From Perkinsus chesapeaki ATCC PRA-425 (lineage: Eukaryota; Protista; Perkinsozoa): a stretch of 42,256 nucleotides of DNA. Shown one piece after another: positions 11,751 through 23,449 of this stretch. The notes below the pieces were generated by a model. It was not told where the DNA came from. It ran no database searches and worked only from the letters and a program-made list of their open reading frames with translations. Both the position numbers and the translations under genes were made by a program. The first letter of the stretch is position 1, and every line of letters starts with the position of its first letter. The stretch spans positions 1 through 42,256 of the forward strand of contig JAAPAO010000290.1 of assembly GCA_013115145.1 (NCBI GenBank), in the 5' to 3' direction.

Positions 11751-13567
11751 CTAAAGTTTAGGGTTACCGTAAGTAACCTCATATTCTATTTCACATTGGC
11801 CAAAGGCTATTCTAAAAAGCCCTCCTTCTCCCCATTCTTCATTCCAGCTATTCACTGCCAACCAATAACCATCAGTGTCTGCTGTCGTGCCCCAACCGAT
11901 TAGTTTAACTGCGTGAAAGCCACGGAAAGAGCCGCTTGTGTGTTTGTAGACCCCGGATTGGTAGTATAGTAGATCTTCGTAATAATCCATCATTGCTGTT
12001 ACCTGCCATAACACTTCGACACTTCGCGTCACGCACCATCTTGGTGCCACACACGAACAAGGTTGTCCAAGATAATTATTTCTCACGGGCTGCGGGTCCT
12101 CCCAGTCTAGAACCTCTAGGCCATCACCCCCTCACCGATCCACCCGTGAATATTTCCTGCTTTATCGAATCAACATCGCGCGGTACATCGACTCTCCCGG
12201 AGGGCTTCACAAACTGCAACTCTCTGAAATCCACGGAGATTGTACATCTGTGACTTTCTGGAGTTATCACTCTGACAACTTCACTTTGTATTGCTTATTT
12301 GGACAATCTGACGAGCATGAGGGTGTCGGGGGTGGAGTCTGAGGGGAATCGGCAAACCATGAGGAACCGAGATAGACCAGCTACATCGGGGCAGCGAGGA
12401 TACGTTCCTTTTCCTTGTTCACAATGGTCGCACTTGGGAAAGTCGTATGGCCAGCAGCCACTGTCTGCTGTCATCGATTTAGCTAGTACGTAGTCTCCTC
12501 CTGATAGCGTTGAACATAGAGCAAATATCAGCTACTCGACATGAGAGGCATTCCTTACCAGTGGGCACTCCAGATCTTGCCAGAAAGCTCCAAACATTTG
12601 TAGCGGTTGCTCCATCCGAGCAAAAGTCCCTAAATAGAAAGCATTTCCTATTCTGCTTACGCCAGATAAAGCTCCCCATCATCTCACCCTCTGCAGGGTC
12701 CTTTTTTACCGCAGCATGCAACAACATAACCCGATGAAAGAATCTTGTTGAACTTCCCCTTAGTTCGGATGCATAAGCGGTCATTGAGGACTCCAACGGC
12801 CGATATCGCCACACAACTGTTACAAGCCTCCTGGTCGCTGAGAATAATGGATTTTGCTACAGCTTCGGCAAGTACCCCACTAAGGGGACTCGTTACTGGC
12901 AAAACGACCCACCTCACATGTCCGATTACGTTGGCGCATTCCTTGTACTCTTCACGCAAGTCGAAAGTTGGTGGCAGTCCGGCAACGACAGCAACGGACA
13001 AGTTGGTTTCTATTAGATCCTTAGCCTTCCTATCGAACTTGGGCCCTCCGTGTAATTTTAGCATGTCACCATAGGATGCACCTGCATTGGCTCCAGACAA
13101 TGACCCATGCATGCATGAACACTTGGGCCAGCCGACCACCGTGATCGATAAGCAGGGGGTAAATCTTGGAAGCAGTTGACTCACCACGAAATAGCGGCTG
13201 ATCTTTCGAAGCTGTCCAGCTATCCTGCTTGGTGTTTATCTCGTCCACGATGGCCTGCATTAGGGCCGGTCTACTGTTAGTAAATATGCTTTCTAGACGT
13301 GACATGGGCAAGTCACTGATGGATCCTTCTTCGACCAGATCCGTCTTGAATCTTTCATAATGATGCAACTCTTCTTCGGAAGTATATATCAGATCTGTAA
13401 AAGCCTTCGAGATCCTAGACTTATGTAACTTCGAGGCTTTGCCCACCTGTTGCAGCCTTCAATTTTAGAAAGATATTATTAACCTCATCTTGATTATAAA
13501 CGGCACCCGGACAGCAGTACCAAAGGCAAGATAGAAGTAGGGCTGAACTCACGTCGGTTAAGTTCAT
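11751..13567 (-). CDS. Cathepsin B-like cysteine protease (C1A) with signal peptide and propeptide, multi-exon
   Basis: LPPTFDLREEY, DQEACNSCVAIS (Gln and Cys), NDRLCI, GCWPYDFPKCDHC, IKQEIFTGGSV, YQSGVYKH, GFHAVKLIGWG (His) and YWLAVNSWNEEWGEGGLFRI (Asn). Confidence 0.92.
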
Positions 13568-15094
13568 AGAGATGTACAACTGAGGAATGGTCTGTAGGTT
13601 CGATATCTCCAAGTTGAAGTGGAGCTCAACACAGACATATTTCCTGATACTCTATTATGAACAATGAAATCGCCGACACAACTAGCTCGTTGGCAACCGT
13701 GGTTTTCCACCCGGTTCTAAATCAGAACTTCCGATGCCACCGGCTATGGCCGGCCAAGGGTACGATAGGCTAGTGGCCTAAGGCTACGTCGATAGCTCCA
13801 CCGCACATCGTTCGCGTCACCTTTCCAGCCCACGGAGGGGTGCAAGCCCCCCCCCTAGCGAATCAATATACTATGCATATCTTGTTTGAAAATCATACGC
13901 TGCAGGTATTCGATAATGCTTTGTGCAACCAACGCGTCGATCATCGACCGTTTCCATAGCAATGATGAAGGCAAGCAAAGCCCTAAGCTGGACTCAACTG
14001 ACTGATCCCAAGCTCCAGTGGGCTCCACTAAGTAGAAGTCTACTCCTCCTGAGAGACTCTATTGGGTGCTTGTCAACGTGCTGCGCTTGCTTAAAAGGTC
14101 TTATGCTGATGGTTCTTAATAAGAACCATCCTAGATGAATAAGAACCTCTTATTAATCTAAGGCCGAGTTGGTAAACTACCCCATCAAACCCGAAATTAC
14201 TTGGAGTCAAAGAAACTGTCGGGGACAGCGGCTAAAGAACTACTTCGGGTCTTTAAGCGCTTCGTATAATTCGCAGTCGGCCTTGTGCCTGAACTACGAA
14301 TTCCCGCTCGTTCGAGGCACATAAAGGAGAAACGACCTCAGACGTGTTTAGTCGGCTCAAGCGGATCGGGAGGGCAAATACATTCTTTGTGACGCATTTT
14401 TGCTAAGGCTCCAGTTGCAAAGTGCAATGACCTTGCCCCACCAACGCTCGATTGCCCAAGATATTTGTGTCTCACAGCTAATTCGGATGGAAAGCGCACA
14501 ACGTTTCCATGAAAACTCGCACTAACCACGAACGATGTGTCGGAACGGGCATGGCAACAGTAGCGTAGACCCGACGCGGAAGGGGTTAGTTGAAGGCCCT
14601 TTGGAACACTAGCTGTCAGTTAAACAACCTCGATACACCTCCAAGTTGCCAAGATTTATGCCTACACGTAAGGATGGATATAGGAATAATCTCGGAATCT
14701 TTGTGCTTGCAAATCACCCGTAAATAACTCCCGGTCTTCGGCCAAGCCAGACAAATAATGCACTTATTCAGCACCAAGAACCTGCGCCACGCTTCCCCGC
14801 AGGATATATCTCTATACAAACTGCTTGTAATAAACTTGCCAAACCCTGAGCTTCTCCTCGCTCTCATGATACTGTACGGGAGCTCGATGGTGTCTGGTAA
14901 CCTCTTCACTAAGTTTCAGCCACGTTGCATCTTTCCTATCGCGAAGACAAGAAGTGTTAGGTAGGTTACACAACATTGACTGCACAAAGGTCAGCGAGCG
15001 CCGCCACGTGACGGGCGCTCACGAGAGGATTTCGAAGCCCCTTTTTTAAAGAGGGATCGCCGCTAGATTTGCGTTGCATTCTCGTGTTAGATAT

Positions 15095-16545
15095 ATGATA
15101 TCGTCTGTTCAGCTACTTCTGTCTACGAGACTTGCCTCCACCAGGTGGAGTCCCCCTCGGCCTCCACCAATTGCACTCTGATTATGTTGAAGTACGTCGG
15201 TAAGGCCTTGGACAGCCGCAAATTGCCAACAATGTTGGAGAGGGCTCTTGGTACATCTTGCCCCTTGACAGATGGGGACCGCGTTTACGAATACTGTCTC
15301 ATGAATGGGGTCGGAGATCTCTCCGCTATCGGTGTGCTGTACAGATCATTGACTGCAATCGCCCGGCAACTGTAACCCAGTTCTTGAACTATATGAAGAA
15401 CGCCCAAGACGCCCTCGATATCGTCAGCGTTGTCGAGCCTTAAACCGACATGTTCAATTCTACAGCGGCTGAACATGCTTCACTTCGACAGCGACGAGCC
15501 CAAGTCGATGGTCCGTCTGCTCTCACTTGCTGCACCAATGACCCGCTATATCCAGCCCAACCTAATCTGGAACTGACACATTTATCAGGTGTGTTGAGAC
15601 ATATCCAGGTTAAATGGAAGGAAGACTTTAAAATAGTAATAGTAGGTGTTGTGGATGCCGGCATCGACTGGGGCCATCCCGATCTCAGAAGTCGAATGTT
15701 ACAGAAATTACAAGCATCCCTCTGGCAACCAAACCAAGCAGTTACTAAACCAGAGTCTGGTTTGGTAACGTTTGGCTTTGACTTTGCTCGGAATACCGCG
15801 TACGTACCTGACGACACTGGCAAAGGCACACTCTCCGCAGGAATAATTGCCGCTGAGACTAATAACAGTATCGGTATGGCAAGTGTTGGAAGAGCCGCGG
15901 GTGTCAAAGTTATGGCTCTGAAAGTACTTCACCGAGAAGACCTTTTCACAAGTGTAAACTTAGTCCGTGCCCTGAACTTTACAATTGAGAATGCTGTACA
16001 AGTAACCTCCCTCTCCATTCAAACGTTCTATAGCGACAGAAGGACCCCATTGCCAATGCTGCGGCTCGTGGGCATATATTCGTCACACTTGCAGGAGGCC
16101 GTGGTCTATCCGTGGATCGTTATCCTATACCCCCTTGTATCTACGCCTCTGATATCCTCTCTATGCTCTGTGTCGCATCCACAACTCCTGATCCAAGAGA
16201 GACTGTGACTCTCACCTCGGATTCCAACTACGGTTTTGTCGTCAACATTACGGATTCAGGCAAGAACACACTCTCTAGTAGAGAGTCTCTACCGCTCCCA
16301 ACGGCTATTATACATTCGAGAGCAGAACTGGGATAGCAGCGACCCATGTGGCCGGTGTTGCAGCTCGTCTGGCCTCCCTGGGACTTCAGGGTGAAGATAC
16401 ATTCAACACAATCGTTCAATCTGGAAGAAATGTGTTCGGGTCCGACATCCCGCTGTTGATGCTTCTCGAGCAGTTTCAATGGCGATACGCTCAATGGGTC
16501 TGTAAACCAGGTGGTCGTGGTGGTCGGCATCGAGTTGCCAAGTAG
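15095..16545 (+). pseudogene. Subtilisin-like (S8) serine protease pseudogene or pseudoprotease
   Basis: VGVVDAGIDWGHPDL, DDTGKGTLSAGIIAAETNNSIG, VKVMALKV and ESRTGIAATHVAGVAA are spread over several frames. In-frame TAA at 15441-15443 and frame shifts near 15340, 16040 and 16300. Confidence 0.8.
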
Positions 16546-16786
16546 CCACGTATAATGCAATCGGACTCTACAATATCTTATGTCTCCCTGTGATCAGTTC
16601 TGAATTTTGATTATCCGTCATTCTGCAGTAGCCGAACTTATTAACTGTTACTCCTTGCTTTCTATTCTCACAGCTTAGGCAAGATCTGTGTTACTACGAC
16701 TCGCATTCCATTAGAATCGCTACGTTGATGCTAGGTCGATGCAGTCTACCCGTGGAACTCGTACGGCGCTTATACGTATATTACTT

Positions 16787-16821
16787 CCGTGGCCCTCATT
16801 AATAATTAATGAGGGCCACGG
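16787..16821. repeat. Perfect palindrome with 17-bp arms and 1-nt centre
   Basis: CCGTGGCCCTCATTAAT-a-ATTAATGAGGGCCACGG. Confidence 0.95.
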
Positions 16822-17189
16822 TGTACTGCTATTCCGACACGATATTACTAACGCGACTAGCATCGCGGAGTGCCCTCGGGTGTTGTCACCGTTCACGCGA
16901 TCAGCTTTAGCCAAGGCTAATTGCCCATAGTGAATTGCCGCTTGTCGATCTCATACGTAACCCAACGTGACTTCCTTGCTTGACAATTGCTAAAGGAAAG
17001 ATGCGGTAGAAAAAGTATTCTACGTAGCCAGGATACTGTCTAGCTACGATTCGCATAATAGGGAATATCAGCGCTGTTCAAGTGAAAGTATTGTATTTCC
17101 TCGCCGTACATCTCGGCAAGTGGCAAGTGTTCACCGCACATTGCTAATATCTGGGTCCCCACCAGAACAAAAAAAGACTAATAATGCTC

Positions 17190-19367
17190 TCAACTACGTT
17201 TGCGAATGATTGAAATGACATGCGGAACATCGTCATCGTCTCCACCTAATAATCCATTCCATTCCTCGAGTAATTCATCATCCCATACTTCAACAACCTC
17301 AGCATCGACAGAAGCTGCTGCTTCAGCCAGTAGCATTTCTGATAGATCATAGCGCTCTAGACCGACCGATGAACGATTCCGCCAAACCACAAGATGGTTT
17401 GAATCGTCAACATCAAAGTTCCATTGATGGAGACCCTTTCCTTGTTCGTGCTCTGCCTCATTACGATGTAACACCAAAAATACCACCCCATTTGGCCGCA
17501 CTGTCCCGACTAAATCAAAGATAGCTCCCACGGGATCCGTAGTGTGGTCTAGAGCATTAACTGATACGGCGAGATCGAACACGTTGCCAGAAGTGAATAA
17601 CGAAGGTAAGTTATCCACCTCACCAAGAATTGACGGCACTACAGGCTGGACGCCCACTTGATGGAGCAGGCTTCGATAAAAAGGAGCGAGAGGGTCCACT
17701 GGAACTAGCTCGATCTCATGCTTATGCCACAATGTTCCCACCAGACTCAAAGGGCCCGATCCAAGATCAAGAATCTTGACAGCACGCCCGGCGGTAAATC
17801 CAGTACTGATGAGTCGTCTAAGGCCTCTCTGTAATGGCCTGGGCATACTTAGAGGGTAGGTGTACTCATCATTATACACTCTATACCGCCAATAGACCTC
17901 TTCGGCGCTCATTCGACTCCACCACAGTAAGTCCCTTGTAATCAGCTTTGGAGCAAGACATTCGTGAGACGGTAGTAGCCTATGGACATTATGGAAGATA
18001 TCGGCAAAGACTGACTCTTGGTACTCCACAGAGCCTTTTAAATGCTTGAATTGCGGCAACAGTATAACGGGTGACTGCAAGTAATTGTAAAACAGTTTCC
18101 AAAGGTACCCTTCTGAGGTATGATGAATCAACCAAAGACCTTCAGCAAAGCTTTGAGTAAAGATACTCTGAATCATTAGCTGAGCTCGACCAACTAGACT
18201 GGCAGCTATCGCCAGGATCTCGTTGTCGGTGAGGCCTTCAGTCAAGGCGTAACATAAGCCCAAGTACAGACTAGCAGACGAAGCTGATGCTAAGCATGCC
18301 GACCCGCAGCCATACTCGCAAGAGAGCGAGTAGGCTGAGGCGAGCATACGGTATGCGATAGTCAAATCATTAGACCTCAGTAGGCCTTCCACCGGAGCGT
18401 TATCTCTGCCAAGGCGTCTAAGACCTCTCATGATGGAACGACCAAGTGCGGAGTTGAGGTTAGAGTTCAGCTTGTATGACCAAAGCGCAATATTGTTGAT
18501 TGACGGTGCGATATATCCGGACTCCGTACTGAAAAAAATACAATCACTGGGATCGAGTCACGTCAAGAGAAAAGGCTCACGGCACTGCCATGATGGCAGC
18601 TTAATATATCGTATAGGCCACTTCTAGGTTGGTGACAATTCTGGGAGAAGCTATGTAGCTCCAGTAGTCGTTCCCCGCTTACTGTAAGTGCCATCCAACA
18701 GCGTATAAGATAGGAAATATGATACGTAACGTAGAACCGCCCATAGCATGCCAGTTGGAGGCGACTATCCACATCCACGTGTCTGTGAGAAGTTCGTCAC
18801 CATCTTGGAGTACGTTCGGGTTCTGGACGATACTCAGGAGCACGCCAAGTCGCCCTATTGCGTATACTGTCTCACATAGGACAGGGTCGCGGCCTGCCAA
18901 CCCTTTGGGGGATATGACGCTCCTGAAATGAGTACGTAGACTTCGATTGCCAGAAGTGAATGATGTACGGACGCGATGAACGTGAATGCTATGTGATGTG
19001 ATACGCATACCAGCAAGCATCATTTCTAAACCTCAGTTGAAGTGTAAAAGCTTCCAAGAACGGCGGAGTGGTTGGATTCGCTGCTGGGTCAAAGTTCGGT
19101 TTACGCGGTCACATTGAAGAACATCTCCGCCTCAATCTGTGCAGCTTGGACCCTCCAATCAGAACATCGTGCTAGGCCTCCATTTCCAGATGTTACGTTG
19201 AGCAAGCACGTGGTGACCGTTGGGACCAACAAAGCTTCTATTCTATCAAGAGTTCGACCGAGTTCTCTTGTGAGGTCTTCATGTGTTACCGCGATTATCT
19301 CGCGACCCTTTATAATGCCCAGGAAGGTAATGAGTAACAAGAGCGTCTTGCGAGTTGTCATGTCCAA
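17190..19367 (-). CDS. Class I SAM-dependent methyltransferase domain protein; large 3' exon 17190-18528 plus probable upstream exons
   Basis: Motif I VKILDLGSGP, plus FDLAVSVNALDH and VRPNGVVFL in the 413-aa ORF. The frame stays open upstream to a tttttttcag acceptor at 18529-18530. A hydrophobic N-terminus (ORF 19101-19367) is the probable first exon. Confidence 0.75.
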
Positions 19368-19619
19368 CGAACCGCTTCCGAGGATCTCAGAGAAGAATCG
19401 CTGAACACGTCAAATTCGGTTAATCGTATGGCTAGTCTAAAGTGTTGACGGTAGATTTTTGATGCCGAGTAGAGCAAGCAAGCACATTCTCGAGCAGTGT
19501 CACTGCTGCTGCCTCTCTAGTTTCGTGAAACTCGCTAACACAAAAAAAGTCGTCATGGACAACGTATGGACACACACAGTACACATGAATAGCAACAACA
19601 AGAAAACATGATCAATTTA

Positions 19620-22332
19620 TCACACCGCGGCGCGCAGCACTCGTCCTGATATGGGAAGAGGTTGGTCGTTCTGAAAGGCACGCAATCTCTTACCCTTCCT
19701 ATCGTGGTAGTTGCTGGGCAGAACGTTCTTAGCGATGGAGTTGTCGACACATAGCGGTGGCGGTGGATCAACGGCCCGACAGAAATCTCTGTAATTGACT
19801 TCGAGGGTATTCCTATCAGGCAACAGTTCTTGGCGCGCCAGAGATCACAGAAGGCTGTGACTCACCCCATGTTGGTGTATTTCTTGGCCAAAAGATTCAT
19901 CTCATCGTCCGTGAGCTCGAATCCTAGGGTGGCGAATACCTAATGATTACAATGCGCCAGTTGCGTTGCGGATCCGCTCACGAAGGTCGACCAGAATGAC
20001 AGTGCCATTCTTACTCGTTCGGCTTACCCTTTTGAACTGGGAGACGGTGACGGTTTGTCGACCACATTTGTCAAAGTTGAGGAACTGTGGTTTGAGTAAT
20101 ATCCTCAGCTGTTTGACCCTGATGAACAGCCATTTAGACATTCAAGAATGCCACTCTTTTGCCTTACTTGGCCGCGACATCACCCTCAATTTGGTTGATC
20201 ACCGCAGTCTCCTCGGCACTGAGCTCTCGAGCATTCCGTCGTGCCGCTGCCGTGTCCTTGGGCCCTACAAGTAGTTCGTTCGACTTAGGGTGGAGTTCAC
20301 TCTAACAGTGCAATAGAGCGTTCATTCAATGAACGCTAGTGGCATACAAGAGACGTAGCAAAGGCGGCGGCGACGGCGATACGGATGAAGAGGACTACTC
20401 TCCTGTACATTTCTAAGAGGTACTTTGATAAAGTTGAAGAATACTAAATTAGGTATATAGAACACTTAATATTGCCCTTTAATCTTTATATACGCCCATA
20501 CTATGTGTTACAATTGGGTCCTACAAGATGCTCGAGAGAGCGCCAGAACTCCATCACGCAAAATGGATCAAGTTTTACTTGCAGACTACTTCAACCTGCC
20601 GCTTGTAGTGGTGCGGAAGTAACGACTATAACGAACTGAGCATAACTGCTGCGGAGGTTACCCTAGAACCAGTATTATCGCGATTCTGGACCACCACCCA
20701 GAGAGGAGAATAACGCTTAAGTGTGCAGTAGTCCTACGCAGGGCTTACCGGGCATGTCGGTCTGGTAGACGGGGTCGTCGGCAACACGCTTATCGCTGAA
20801 GACCACATCGATCTCTTCACATAGAGCGAGGTAATAGAACTCCCTGGCACGAGACAGACAGTAGCGAACAGACTTTATATCATTCGCTGGAATGGTCTAG
20901 TTGGTTATGACGACTGCCTAACACGCAGTAGGTCCCGAGTTCGATTCTCGGTTCCAGTATTTTCGATGATACATGTTTTGACCCGTTCTACCCATCTTGA
21001 GTCTTGTATTGGTTCCATAACTCTTCCAGCTGCTGTGGTGGCAGATGCAACCGCAATAGAGTAAGCACGGCATGCAGATGGCCTGACAAGCAGCTCTGTC
21101 GAGATGGCAGCAACCAAAAGCCTTCCTGCCTTCCTTGCAGGCTCCCTTCTTCAAAGTGTCAAAGTCCTCGAAATACTCCTTCAATCTCAGTCTCCTCTCA
21201 GCCACCTATCCAACGTCCATCACCATTCGCCTGGAGGATTAGCAAGCCCACTCTGGCTTGAAGCTGTTGTGTGAGACTGAGTGATGAGTTGCGCCACTTG
21301 TCTCGAGCCGCCGGATCTCCTTCTCCTTTATATGAGAATCGGGCAGCAAGTAGGTCGTATGTCGGAGTGTAACCTGACGAGCTTCTCCCTTCTCCATTCC
21401 GCATTATCAATACCGAGACTGTTGACACCAGCGGCCTCCATATCCTCCCTCAACGTCTCATAGTCTACCATTTCACAACCATTCTTGACAAAGCCGTATC
21501 TGCACCAATGACAGGGCCCCAGCAAGGACGCCATCGTCGCTTCACCTTTGCTGCAGCAGGTCCTTCTCCTGGTCAGTGAGAGCCTCGTAGAGGGGAAATT
21601 TCCGGAAGAACTGACTGGCCGTAATGCTGCCCGTATTGTGGCGGTCGAAGTCACCGAACCTGCCATTATGGCTCCTACGGCAGAGTAAGCGGCAAAGATC
21701 AACAGTTGCAACTCAAAGGGTCCTAGCGCCCACGACCAAGTGTTCTTACTGGTATTTCAAGGAGAAGCCTCGGGTCTTGCATACGATCGCCAGACGGTAG
21801 AGAAGCTCGCCCAACTGAGGGTCAAACCTGAGCAGCAGCTGCCATACAACAACAGCAGCATGCTTTCAGTCAGAATGCTCACTTTTCGCCCAAGTCATTC
21901 GGCACGAATCTTGTGTTGACGCCATGGCCAGGAGGAGGCACCTCCATAGTGGGGGATGTCTCCAAATGCTTGCTACAGCAGAAAATTGTGTCCACATCAT
22001 CACAGAAGTCAACGTAGCGCACACCATCCAACCCGTCATCGTAGTTGTCCGCGAGAGCAGTAGCCTGTGTCAGCGGCCGATACCCGTGGGTTTGTCGAGA
22101 GGGCCTACCTCCGCGTGGCTCAGATTGAGTTGAAGAGTGTCAAGAACTCGAACGAATTGCCCACGAGTGATGTGCCGATGGCGGAGAGGGTCAAAGTCGG
22201 CGAACGCCTCCATCATACGAACCCCTATTGAGGGTTACGCTACGCCGTACGACAAAGCTGTTGCGACCTACTTCTGGGAAAGATGTATGCCTGTATGGCG
22301 GTGATTATATTTTTAACTTGAGGGCTCGACAT
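19620..22332 (-). CDS. Multi-exon protein with repeated EF-hand-like units
   Basis: Repeating units spliced in frame: PRRVRMMEAFADFDPLRHRHITRGQFVRVL, FGDFDRHNTGSITASQFFR, RRLRLKEYFEDFDTLKKGACKEG, RILLKPQFLNFDKCGRQTVTVSQFKRV and VNYRDFCRAVD. Confidence 0.8.
20886..20959 (+). tRNA. tRNA-Val (anticodon AAC), copy 1
   Basis: Full cloverleaf: acceptor GCTGGAA/TTCCAGT, D-loop AGTTGGTT, anticodon arm ACTGC-CTAACAC-GCAGT, T arm CCGAG-TTCGATT-CTCGG; followed by TTTT. Confidence 0.95.
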
Positions 22333-22997
22333 TGACAAAATCGGCCTGTACAGGGATGCCCATAAGAGAAAATTAACCAACACGAGTCGAATGACACTAA
22401 GCGTAGAGATATTCTGTATCGCTGACATGGTGTCACAATGCGGACCATTAGTATAATTTGCTGCGAGGCGATGGGCATGCTTTAGGGCTGTTTCAGTTAC
22501 GGCATTGCTGTTGACTTTCTTGTACAAATATGTATGGACCACGTTGTTAACCATCAGGGAACTCAAGAAACCAAAGTGAGGCAAGAATCTGAGAATCTGT
22601 CCTCTAGACGACGGGGCTCTCCGCCCTTCGCCTGCTGTCCTAACAACATACCATGCACGCTTTCATCGATGCAGAGGTTACTCCCAAATGAGGAGCAAAC
22701 ATCAACCGCATTTGCTCATTTTGCAAGGCTAACTCTACGAATGCATCATGCTCGGGATTATTCACAGGCAGCTGGAGTCTACCTGGTGAAGCAGCTGTGC
22801 CACCATATGTAGCATTAACGGGAGACCGTGGTGGGATATATCCGTGCTGTCACATTCACTCACTCGGTAAAACACAGGGGGTGTCTGTCTCTGCAAAGTT
22901 TAATCGACGACATGACTACCTCTATTTTGGAAATCACAGTCCAATCCATCGGATATCTGCCAAAAATGGGATTTAAGAAATACGATAAAATACATGC

Positions 22998-23071
22998 GCT
23001 GGAATGGTCTAGTTGGTTATGACGACTGCCTAACACGCAGTAGGTCCCGAGTTCGATTCTCGGTTCCAGTA
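22998..23071 (+). tRNA. tRNA-Val (anticodon AAC), copy 2
   Basis: Identical 74-nt body to copy 1; flanks differ. Confidence 0.95.
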
Positions 23072-23449
23072 TTTGTCAATCACTTTCGAATTTCACTAAT
23101 CCCATCATACGTGTAGGTCTTTTAAGAGAGCAAGTTCACCGACCGGTGCGAGACAACTTACCACTTGCGAGCTTGCGAGTGAGCAAGCGTACCTCAGCTT
23201 GGTGATGAGTTACCTATGCCAACATCGCGGGAGTTGGTGGAAAGAGAATCGGTGCGTTGCAGTATCTATCTGCCACCGCACGCTTATCACGTAACGACTG
23301 GCGGCAGCATTCTGCTGTACTATCCAGACTAAGGCGTTTGGGGAGTTTTCGTACATTTATAAACTACTCTGGTCATGAAGGTGTCTCCAACGAGTATATT
23401 TTTTTCTCCCTTGGGTTGGGGGGCTCTCACGGTTGTCTGTCTGTAACAC

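Noticed and set aside
13620-15050. 1.4-kb gene-free region with short broken ORFs
   Set aside because: No recognisable domain, repeat termini or consistent splice pattern; possibly a decayed element but unsupported.
16030-16310. Programmed frameshifting at AGG/CCC codons as in Perkinsus mitochondrial genes
   Set aside because: This is a nuclear intron-type locus that also has an in-frame stop and lost catalytic residues, so decay is the simpler explanation.
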